6,203 nucleotides of DNA, from positions 1 through 6,203 of the IMG/VR virus record IMGVR_UViG_3300045988_028252; one strand, 5' to 3'. Numbering within the stretch: the stretch's first letter is position 1; every line of letters starts with the position of its first letter. Position numbers and translations under genes: made by a program. Source of the stretch: a virus. Shown here one piece after another: positions 1 through 5,927 of the stretch. The notes below the pieces were generated by a model. The model did no database searches, was not told the DNA's origin, and saw nothing but the letters and a program-made list of their open reading frames with translations.

Positions 1-55
1 GAAAGGCACAGCGATATTGCTGGGCATATTTTTTAATAACATTTTCTCGTTTTTG
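1..55. repeat. Terminal direct repeat (exact copy at 6149-6203) indicating a circular genome assembled with 55-bp redundancy; unit genome length 6148 nt
   Basis: Bases 1-55 (gaaaggcacagcgatattgctgggcatattttttaataacattttctcgtttttg) reappear exactly at 6149-6203, read directly from the sequence. Confidence 0.95.
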
Positions 56-81
56 TAATTTAGATAGTTTATTATCAACAT
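1..81 (-). CDS. N-terminal 27 codons of a 46-aa hypothetical protein (MLIINYLNYKNEKMLLKNMPSNIAVPFYLLNSQRANVKIIITKKSF) whose ORF wraps across the circular junction and continues at 6148..6089
   Basis: ATG at 81..79 is preceded by a perfect AAGGAGG Shine-Dalgarno (complement of 86-93) at 5-nt spacing. The frame runs in phase off position 1 into 6148 and stops with TAA at 6091..6089, which is followed by TT-ATG of the next ORF. Confidence 0.5.
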   Translation of the reverse strand, partial: MLIINYLNYKNEKMLLKNMPSNIAVPF

Positions 82-100
82 ATTTACCTCCTTGTTTTTT

Positions 101-106
101 ATTATA
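101..106 (-). promoter_or_regulatory. Candidate -10 box (TATAAT on the minus strand) about 20 nt upstream of the first-gene ATG, with the AAGGAGG RBS at 86-93; putative main promoter of the polycistronic array
   Basis: The minus-strand sequence reads ...tatatttgtagTATAATaaaaaacAAGGAGGtaaatATG. No clear -35 hexamer is present (A-run at the -35 position). Confidence 0.35.
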
Positions 107-130
107 CTACAAATATACTCATTTTTTTTG

Positions 131-142
131 ATTCTGCAGAAT
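131..142. repeat. Perfect 12-bp palindrome attctgcagaat (contains a PstI site), flanked by a T8/A8 run; candidate operator or protein-binding site upstream of the putative promoter
   Basis: The sequence is its own reverse complement and lies about 25-36 nt upstream of the TATAAT box on the coding strand. Confidence 0.4.
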
Positions 143-194
143 TTTCTGTTATTTATCTGAAGTATTTAACTTTAATTAGCAATAGTATCTTTAA

Positions 195-400
195 GCCTCC
201 GTGGCGTTTGAGCGGTGATGGAGCAATAGAGGGCGCATAGCCCTCCTTAACGTCTAGTACCTTAGTATCGGCGGAGCCGCACACCACGACCGTAGGTCGG
301 GTGCCCGTCATTCCTTATCCCGGTTTTAAGGTAGCCGCCTTTTGGTTGAAGCCGTACCTCACCCTCCCGTTATACACTCTTATCTAATCGGATGCGTAGT
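195..400. other. GC-rich (about 55-60% GC against about 35% genome-wide) hairpin-dense non-coding island immediately downstream of the rep stop; candidate replication origin or complementary-strand initiation (ssi/primosome) structure or packaging signal
   Basis: Composition was counted over 241-360. Hairpins: 229-245 (gagggc/gcata/gccctc); 282-303 (cacc-a-cgacc/gta/ggtcg-ggtg, 9 bp with one bulge); 313-331 (cctta/9-nt loop/taagg); 329-359 (aggta...tacct). The direct repeat agccgc occurs twice. No convincing ORF and no tRNA-like fold. Confidence 0.45.
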
Positions 401-1441
401 TTATGTGTAAGAATGGTTGTTATAATATAGATTGGTGAATAAATCTATATCGTTACTGAATTGGTTTTCGCTTTTTTTCTCTTTTTTCTTTAGCTTCTCG
501 GCAACTATAGTTGCTTTAGTTTCCTTCCATTGACGTTGTTTTTTAAGTCTGTTGAGATATTTTCTTTTATCCCAATCTTTTGGATTGTCGTAATATAGTC
601 TTTCGCATCGTTCTCGCTCGCTTACGAGTACTCCCATATATCTTGATTCTTCCGTTTTTAGGTTTATTTTAATGCCTAGTACGTATACAATTCCTTTTTC
701 GATTTTATCTAGGAATAGTTTTTCACGTTCTTCTTCTGTAAATATTTTGTTTCTGTAATAAATTGGTAGATTAAGTTTTCCACCGTTTCTCATTCGGTAT
801 GATTCGTTTGTTTCGCCTTGTTTGTATACATGCTTTTTGGCATCCTCTCGCTTGAGGTATCCTGCCCCTATTCCTGCCGAGCATAATACTTTCCCTCTGA
901 ATTTTGGATGTTTTTCGTCGATTTTTAGCATGTATTTTGTGATGTATCTGATTGTTTTTTCATTTACAAAATATCCGGTGAATGTGATTCCGTATTTCCA
1001 CTTGTCTATTATTTTCTTGTCATTTCCCAAGCCCCATACTATCCCGTGAAGGTGTAATCTTTCCGTTTTCTCGTGTCCGAGTTCTGTAATAAACCAATGC
1101 TTTACGGATTTTCCGGTTAATTTCCGTACTCTCTCTAGGCATAATCTTATGGCTTTTGTTGCGATGTCGTTATTATCTTTTAATTTGTATTTTTTACTTA
1201 TTTGCTTGTATGATTTATCATCGATTGTCAGTGTTAGGAAATAGGCGTTTGGTGTTTGCCTGTTTTCCTCTGACATTCTTACTATCCATTGCCTTTGTTT
1301 TTGTTTTCTACACTCGTAACAGTCCCCGCATGCTGCTGTTACATAGCGTAGTCTTTCGTCAGGACAAATGGGCGGTATTCCGCCATTTTTTTTAGTTGGC
1401 AGATACCGCTTATTTGGTATGAGTTTAGGATATAGGCACAT
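401..1441 (-). CDS. Rolling-circle replication initiation protein (Microviridae VP4/gpA-like, HUH endonuclease superfamily), 346 aa
   Basis: N-terminal CPxxx...CGxCxxC zinc-finger-like motif. RCR motif I FLTLT (residues about 68-72). Motif II HUH as RLHLHGIVWG (residues about 128-137, nt about 1031-1060). Motif III with catalytic tyrosines YITKY (Y166/Y170, nt about 932-946). Layout is typical of microvirus Rep proteins. Confidence 0.9.
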   Translation of the reverse strand: MCLYPKLIPNKRYLPTKKNGGIPPICPDERLRYVTAACGDCYECRKQKQRQWIVRMSEENRQTPNAYFLTLTIDDKSYKQISKKYKLKDNNDIATKAIRLCLERVRKLTGKSVKHWFITELGHEKTERLHLHGIVWGLGNDKKIIDKWKYGITFTGYFVNEKTIRYITKYMLKIDEKHPKFRGKVLCSAGIGAGYLKREDAKKHVYKQGETNESYRMRNGGKLNLPIYYRNKIFTEEEREKLFLDKIEKGIVYVLGIKINLKTEESRYMGVLVSERERCERLYYDNPKDWDKRKYLNRLKKQRQWKETKATIVAEKLKKKEKKSENQFSNDIDLFTNLYYNNHSYT

Positions 1442-1454
1442 AATTATTAAATAC

Positions 1455-2480
1455 TTATTTACCTATTTTTACTCCTTGTGCTGCTCCTGCTCCTTTTAAA
1501 GCTATTTCGAGCAATCCTAGTACAATGTCTTTGACGAGCTTTTGCTCTTCAATATCCAGACCTTTTTTGCCTAGTTCGTATTTGTTTATTACGTCTTGTG
1601 CATAGGCTTCCATTTGTTCTTTTTGGATTTTGAGTGCTTCTCCTTTTTTGATAAGCTCATCCCATCCTTGTAGAATTCGTGCCGGAATTGCTTTTGCTTC
1701 CTCTTCATTGACTTTTCGTTGGCTTCCTTTAAGTAGTATTTCGGACATTAGATTTTGAAGTGTTAGAGCGCTTTCTTTAACCTTGTTTTCGATTGTTCTT
1801 CTTTTGAGGTTGTTATCGAGGTCTAAACCGTCAATTTCCGCTGTTAGTTTGTCAATTCCTTTTTTGAGGCTTTTAACGTTCCATCGTGTTTCTTCGGCTT
1901 TTTCCTTCGTCCAATCTGCGGTATTCCTTTTTAGTTCTTCTTCGGCATCTGCTACTCTGATTTGTCCTAGTATAAGTCCTCGTTTTATTTTTTCGTTTGC
2001 GGTCTGTGCTATCAGGTTGTCAATGGTAGCTTTTTGTACTTCTGAATCTACGCCTTTGATTTTATTTGCTTCGGCTTCGTTTTTGTTAGCTTGGCTTTCA
2101 TTCAGTTTTATTTGGCTTAGTGCGTTTGCCATTTCTATTCCGATTTCCTGTGCTCTTAGACCCATTCCTACCGATTGGTCTTGAGGCAGTCCTACTCCGC
2201 TTGCTGTTCCTGCTCCTTGTGTCGAGCCTCCTTGTCCTCCCATTCCATAAATTAGCCCTGGACTTAGTCCTGCTTCTTTTATGTGTTTCATTTGGTTTTC
2301 AAAGTTGGTATAATTCCACATTTCCTTTGCTTGCATTGTATTGAATTTGGCATTTTTCCTATTCAATTCTGCTTGTATTTCCATTAGTTCGTGTTGTCTC
2401 TGCCAACTTTGGTTACTTGCACTATTTGCATTGAGTGCTCCCATTAGAGCTCCTCCTATTCCCATTATTGCTCCTATCAT
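1455..2480 (-). CDS. DNA pilot / minor capsid protein (Microviridae VP2 / phiX H-like), 341 aa
   Basis: Gly/Ala-rich hydrophobic N-terminus (MIGAIMGIGGALMGALNANSASN), then a conserved AGLSPGLIYG-type motif with a second Gly-rich stretch (GMGGQGGSTQGAGTASG), then a long Lys/Glu-rich predicted coiled-coil C-terminal half. Position is between capsid and rep, as in other microviruses. Confidence 0.75.
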   Translation of the reverse strand: MIGAIMGIGGALMGALNANSASNQSWQRQHELMEIQAELNRKNAKFNTMQAKEMWNYTNFENQMKHIKEAGLSPGLIYGMGGQGGSTQGAGTASGVGLPQDQSVGMGLRAQEIGIEMANALSQIKLNESQANKNEAEANKIKGVDSEVQKATIDNLIAQTANEKIKRGLILGQIRVADAEEELKRNTADWTKEKAEETRWNVKSLKKGIDKLTAEIDGLDLDNNLKRRTIENKVKESALTLQNLMSEILLKGSQRKVNEEEAKAIPARILQGWDELIKKGEALKIQKEQMEAYAQDVINKYELGKKGLDIEEQKLVKDIVLGLLEIALKGAGAAQGVKIGK

Positions 2481-2497
2481 AATTATTTACATTTTCG

Positions 2498-2517
2498 CGC
2501 TTTGATGTTTCAAAGCG
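2498..2517. promoter_or_regulatory. 8-bp stem / 4-nt loop hairpin (cgctttga-tgtt-tcaaagcg) about 20 nt upstream of the VP2 start, inside the 161-nt intergenic region 2481-2641; regulatory or structural element
   Basis: The arms 2498-2505 and 2510-2517 are perfectly complementary. No U-tract follows on the coding strand, so this is not a canonical intrinsic terminator. Two further hairpins lie in the same IGR (2568-2585 tccgg/8-nt loop/ccgga; 2618-2637 tttgaaaa/tacc/ttttcaaa, directly after the upstream gene's stop). Confidence 0.4.
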
Positions 2518-2641
2518 ATATTCTTATTACTTGATATTAAATTGTAGGTGCGTACTTTCGTGTATTATCCGGTAATTAAACCGGACAATACTCCGAAGTG
2601 CTTGTTACCTACAAGGCTTTGAAAATACCTTTTCAAACAGT

Positions 2642-2959
2642 TTAATTTTCACTTGGTGACCCTCCATCTGCTTTATTAGGCACGTCTCCGAAATCTCCTG
2701 GCTTAGGCGCTATTTCTTTTTTCGCTATATTTCTTGTCATTTTGTCGTAGGCATCCATTGCAATATCGAACCTATCCGTACGGATGTTGTATGCTGGCAA
2801 TACTCCATCTTCTTTTGCTGTGTAAATTATTGGTGCGGTGTCTGTGATTGGTTCACCGTTTTCCAGCACTCTTGCGCATTTTGTTTCAATGCTTTCACCT
2901 TCATATATTTCTACGGAGTCTAATCTTCCGTTGTTTTTTGTTGGATTTGAATACTTCAT
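2642..2959 (-). CDS. Hypothetical acidic protein, 105 aa from ATG at 2959 (the ORF track's 118-aa version uses an upstream GTG at 2998 that overlaps the capsid gene by 26 nt); located between major capsid and pilot genes, a possible scaffolding or minor structural protein
   Basis: Continuous ORF in the gene array, 13 nt after the VP1 stop. D/E/G/P-rich composition. No recognisable motif. Confidence 0.5.
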   Translation of the reverse strand: MKYSNPTKNNGRLDSVEIYEGESIETKCARVLENGEPITDTAPIIYTAKEDGVLPAYNIRTDRFDIAMDAYDKMTRNIAKKEIAPKPGDFGDVPNKADGGSPSEN

Positions 2960-2972
2960 GATGTTATAATTT

Positions 2973-4904
2973 TTATAGATTAGGAATTTGTTTTGCACTG
3001 ATTAGGCGTCTCACTTTGATGTCAAATTTTGTTTGTACCCAAAAATTCATAGCGTCTAGATTTGTGTCTGCAAAGATGTAATTGAATTTTACTGGGTCAA
3101 TATAAGTTGTTAAATCTTCTATCTGTCCGTTTGTTGCCATTGAGTAATTGCGGTTAAGTACCATGAAACTTTCTGGCATTCCTGGCGCGAAGTTTCCGAA
3201 TGTTCTGTTTACATTTGTCATGTAATTTATCCATGCCACAGTCTTTCCCGCTGCTGTTCTTGCGAGTAATGGTCCGTCTGATAGGTAATCTGTCCACCAT
3301 GCCCTTTCTCCGTTTAATGAATCTTGGTATCCGATTCCGTCAAGTGCTGGTTTGTGCCAATCGTTCATGGTTTTTAGGTAACTATCCCATGTGTTCCCCT
3401 GTCCGTAGTCGATACGTGGCGTGATTGAGCATATACACATTATGTAGCATGGTTCCGTTACCTTGATTCGAATGTGTCCGCCTTTTTGTCTTCCTGTTGT
3501 TACGCCTCTTCCGGCTAGCGTTCCTAATGGTTCGTCCTGGCTTGCGCTGTTGCTTATTACTTCTTGAAATACGATTTCTTGGCTTACACCCCCTTCAAAC
3601 ATTGGCGTTTCGCATCTTTCCATATAATTCCCGCCTGTATATACTGTTTCTAGCCAATCTCTGTAAGTTCCTCCGCTTACTGCGATTCTGTTTAGGAAAT
3701 TATATACTTTTTGTGCTAGATTCAGTGCGTCCATGGATAGTATGCCGTCTGCCACATCTACTGCACTTGCTTCGTTAATTCCGTTCACTCCTTCTATCCA
3801 TTCGGTGTTTATCCAATTTTGATATAAGTCGCTATTGTATGTTTTTAGACATAGTCCGTATTGTGGGCTATTTGTTGTTAGATTCTTCTCTCTTGTTCTT
3901 TCTGCAAAGTTTATAAATGGCCTTACACTCATTTTTGAATTTGCTAAGTCAAATACGGTATCTCCAGGAGTCATTAATATATTATCCCTGATTGTGTCTA
4001 GATTTTCCAACGGGAATTTTTCTAGTGATGTTCTTTTTGTTGAATATATCGCTGTTACATACCATGTTTGCCCTGCCGGTATTTTGGTTATTGCAATTTT
4101 TACTTCGTCTGTTTGTACACTGAAATTTCCTATTTTTGATGGAGTTAACACTTGTTCTCTTGCGTTTTGTGATGTTTTAACTCTCAGCATTAGTTCTTTT
4201 TCGGTTATTGTAGCCGGAGTTATTGTGATTGTTTTTCCGCTTGTTATTTCTCCTAGAATTTGCGGTATGTTGTCAGCGTTTGGAATTGGATTACTATTTA
4301 TTGTTGCGGTTATTTTTGGAGATGTTCCAATCATATAAAAGTTTTCTTCCTGTGTGTTTGCGTAGTAATTTTTAAATATATCAAAATATGATAGTATAGG
4401 TAACGCATTTTTGCTTACTGACTTTTCGCCACTTTTTGGCGTGTTCGCGTATCCTCTGATCCCTAGGTATGCTAGTAGGCAACTTGGATTTACTTGTATC
4501 CATTGTTTTTCTTCGTTTGACGGTGTGTCTGTTAATGTTTTTATGTTTACACTTATTTGAGGTAATTTTACTTGCTCCATGTTTAGCCCAATTTTTGTCC
4601 GGTTATTGTGTAACCAACTGTTGTACAGCCTTACCGGGCAAGTATACATGTGATGTTCTAGTTTGAATGAGCCAAATAGAGGTCCCGTTGTTGGATGTGT
4701 GAGTGCATTTGAATCTACGTCAATATCGAATGTATCCCCTTTTTGTCCTACTAGGCACAGGTTTGGAACTAGTGTTCCTGGGCTTTGTGTGTTTCTTACA
4801 ATTGTTGATAAGTCGTGTGTTGACATGTTGTAGTCATGTAGACTAACTGACATTTTGTTATTGTCTCCTATGGTATTTTTACCAATGTTTTTTTCTATTG
4901 CCAT
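2973..4904 (-). CDS. Major capsid protein (Microviridae VP1 / phiX F-like jelly-roll MCP), 643 aa
   Basis: The N-terminal region matches the conserved microvirus MCP signature (G-LVP-------GDTF----------T-P--G-LFGSF----H-Y-CPVRLY--W). Size is typical of gokusho- and alpavirus-like MCPs. A strong SD AAGGAGGA lies 8 nt upstream of the ATG, embedded in the 3' end of the preceding ORF. Confidence 0.9.
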   Translation of the reverse strand: MAIEKNIGKNTIGDNNKMSVSLHDYNMSTHDLSTIVRNTQSPGTLVPNLCLVGQKGDTFDIDVDSNALTHPTTGPLFGSFKLEHHMYTCPVRLYNSWLHNNRTKIGLNMEQVKLPQISVNIKTLTDTPSNEEKQWIQVNPSCLLAYLGIRGYANTPKSGEKSVSKNALPILSYFDIFKNYYANTQEENFYMIGTSPKITATINSNPIPNADNIPQILGEITSGKTITITPATITEKELMLRVKTSQNAREQVLTPSKIGNFSVQTDEVKIAITKIPAGQTWYVTAIYSTKRTSLEKFPLENLDTIRDNILMTPGDTVFDLANSKMSVRPFINFAERTREKNLTTNSPQYGLCLKTYNSDLYQNWINTEWIEGVNGINEASAVDVADGILSMDALNLAQKVYNFLNRIAVSGGTYRDWLETVYTGGNYMERCETPMFEGGVSQEIVFQEVISNSASQDEPLGTLAGRGVTTGRQKGGHIRIKVTEPCYIMCICSITPRIDYGQGNTWDSYLKTMNDWHKPALDGIGYQDSLNGERAWWTDYLSDGPLLARTAAGKTVAWINYMTNVNRTFGNFAPGMPESFMVLNRNYSMATNGQIEDLTTYIDPVKFNYIFADTNLDAMNFWVQTKFDIKVRRLISAKQIPNL

Positions 4905-4907
4905 GGT

Positions 4908-5189
4908 TTAGTCCTCCTTTTTTTTAGTATCGTTAACAATTCCTTTTGCGACTTTTTTCCCGGTACGTTTGAGTTTTTTTTCGTATTCGTCTGCCTCTTT
5001 ACATGCATATATCATTGCTGCAACTAGATTCCAATCTACGGAGTTGATTTTTTCTTCTGCTGCTTCACGTGTTGGAAATTTTTCAGTTGTTGCTAAATGG
5101 TTTCCAATTACAATCATGTATTCTTTTTCTTCTTGTGTTGTTGGTAATACTTTGAATACATCTTTCATGTCGTTAAATTCTTTTTCCAT
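4908..5189 (-). CDS. Hypothetical 93-aa protein with acidic N-terminal body and strongly basic C-terminal tail (KKLKRTGKKVAKGIVNDTKKKED); possible DNA-binding / packaging (J/VP8-like) or scaffold protein
   Basis: ORF immediately upstream of the MCP gene (3-nt gap), coupled to the upstream gene by a TAA-AA-ATG junction. The functional assignment is by position and charge pattern only. Confidence 0.55.
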   Translation of the reverse strand: MEKEFNDMKDVFKVLPTTQEEKEYMIVIGNHLATTEKFPTREAAEEKINSVDWNLVAAMIYACKEADEYEKKLKRTGKKVAKGIVNDTKKKED

Positions 5190-5191
5190 TT

Positions 5192-5398
5192 TTAATAGTT
5201 TTTAGGATTAATATTAATTTTTGTACTATCAACGCTTGACGTTGTCGTTTGGTCGGTCTTTTGCGTTGAGTTTTGATTGTTTTTGCTGACGCTTAAACTC
5301 ATTGTGCAACTTTGCACACAAAGCGTAGTAATGATTGCAATTATTGCGGTCGAAATAGCTCGGATAATTTCTACCCATTGCGTCCCGTTGATTTTCAT
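5192..5398 (-). CDS. Hypothetical 68-aa single-pass membrane protein (TM segment WVEIIRAISTAIIAIITTLCV, Ser/Thr-rich hydrophilic tail); candidate lysis (amurin-like) or membrane-targeting accessory protein
   Basis: ORF-track ORF. Its ATG overlaps the stop of the upstream 30-aa ORF in an ATGA arrangement, and its own stop is followed by AA-ATG of the next gene. Hydrophobic core is about 21 residues. Confidence 0.5.
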   Translation of the reverse strand: MKINGTQWVEIIRAISTAIIAIITTLCVQSCTMSLSVSKNNQNSTQKTDQTTTSSVDSTKININPKNY

Positions 5399-5487
5399 AA
5401 GTTTCCATTTTTAATGTATAAATAACTTCCGCCTATGAAGGCGATTATTAATAGTAATATTACTATTCCGAATACTTCTCTAGGCAT
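5395..5487 (-). CDS. Hypothetical 30-aa hydrophobic peptide (MPREVFGIVILLLIIAFIGGSYLYIKNGNL), a single predicted TM helix; not in the ORF track because it is shorter than the cutoff
   Basis: ATG at 5487..5485 lies 2 nt after the TAA of the upstream 84-aa ORF (taaACatg). Its TGA stop at 5397..5395 overlaps the ATG of the downstream 68-aa ORF (ATGA). It fills what would otherwise be the only gap in the small-gene block. Confidence 0.45.
   Translation of the reverse strand: MPREVFGIVILLLIIAFIGGSYLYIKNGNL
5450..5467. repeat. Perfect 18-bp AT-rich palindrome aatagtaatattactatt, embedded in the 30-aa TM-peptide ORF
   Basis: The sequence equals its own reverse complement (9+9, no spacer). An adjacent 5-bp-stem hairpin cgcct-atga-aggcg lies at 5430-5443. 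Confidence 0.6.
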
Positions 5488-5489
5488 GT

Positions 5490-5744
5490 TTAAAATAATT
5501 TAAGTTGTTTTTGATTCCATTTTTCTAAATCTTCGTTGTCTTTGTCATAAGTTTTTTCACATATTAACCTCCTTTCTTGTTTTGTGAAGATGTATTTTTT
5601 TGTAATAACATCTTCTTCTAGTTCATAACATATTTTTTTCATTTTTATTGATGTGTGAAAGTACACATAGTTTTTTAACTCCTGAAATGTATTGAAAATA
5701 TGTCCGTCTGCTTCATAATTTCTAATCTTTTTCGGTTTTTTCAT
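5490..5744 (-). CDS. Hypothetical 84-aa protein (K/E-rich, basic N-terminus MKKPKKIRN)
   Basis: ORF-track ORF within the co-oriented gene array. Its start overlaps the 3' end of the upstream 67-aa ORF by 23 nt. No SD. Confidence 0.5.
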   Translation of the reverse strand: MKKPKKIRNYEADGHIFNTFQELKNYVYFHTSIKMKKICYELEEDVITKKYIFTKQERRLICEKTYDKDNEDLEKWNQKQLKLF

Positions 5745-5925
5745 TTTCGTTAGGATATAATTTCCATGATTCTACTACTGCTATTATACGCTCGTTTTTT
5801 GGTACGACTGCTTTTGCAATTGTTACTGCTATTTTGTATGTACATTCTGTTGGTATTTCTTTTACCATTACATGAGACGTAGGATTGTCTCCCGTTGTGA
5901 TTACTGAAAATTTTGTTGCTGCCAT
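5722..5925 (-). CDS. Hypothetical 67-aa protein
   Basis: ORF-track ORF. Its ATG lies 2 nt after the stop of the upstream 52-aa ORF (taaTTatgg junction). Confidence 0.45.
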   Translation of the reverse strand: MAATKFSVITTGDNPTSHVMVKEIPTECTYKIAVTIAKAVVPKNERIIAVVESWKLYPNENEKTEKD

Positions 5926-5927
5926 AA

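Noticed and set aside
153-311. 52-aa minus-strand ORF (MTGTRPTVVVCGSADTKVLDVKEGYAPSIAPSPLKRHGGLKILLLIKVKYFR) spanning the GC-rich island
   Set aside because: Its GC-rich codon usage is unlike every other gene. The AGGA abuts the ATG with no spacing. It sits 89 nt after the rep stop, outside the coupled array, and the region is better explained as a structured element. Kept only as a low-probability alternative.
229-360. tRNA, hammerhead or other small ribozyme in the GC-rich island
   Set aside because: No cloverleaf with a T-loop GTTCRA consensus, no CUGAUGA...GAAA hammerhead core, and the hairpins found are simple stem-loops. Cannot be fully excluded without covariance-model search.
391-420. 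dif-like XerC/XerD site (ttatgtgtaag) at the rep 3' end, as used by integrating microvirus prophages
   Set aside because: Only a partial 5-6 nt resemblance to the XerD arm (TTATGTTAAAT). There is no paired XerC arm at the correct 6-bp spacing. The contig is a closed circular virus genome, not a prophage junction.
2498-2637. Intrinsic terminators at the intergenic hairpins (2498-2517, 2618-2637) and at the 131-142 palindrome
   Set aside because: None is followed by a U-tract on the coding (minus) strand. The T-rich runs lie on the non-coding plus strand, where there are no genes.
2960-2998. GTG-initiated N-terminal extension making the inter-capsid/pilot ORF 118 aa
   Set aside because: It requires a non-ATG start 26 nt inside the MCP coding region with no RBS. 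An in-frame ATG at 2959, just after the MCP stop, fits the compact coupled layout better.
822-5205. All plus-strand ORFs in the six-frame track (822-1049, 1156-1395, 1783-2184, 2120-2344, 3200-3424, 3497-3778, 3835-4338, 4469-4666, 4969-5205)
   Set aside because: Each lies entirely antisense within a well-supported minus-strand gene (Rep, VP2, MCP, 93-aa ORF). They have low-complexity Leu/Phe/Ser-rich translations typical of shadow ORFs in AT-rich DNA, with no start context or coupling signals.
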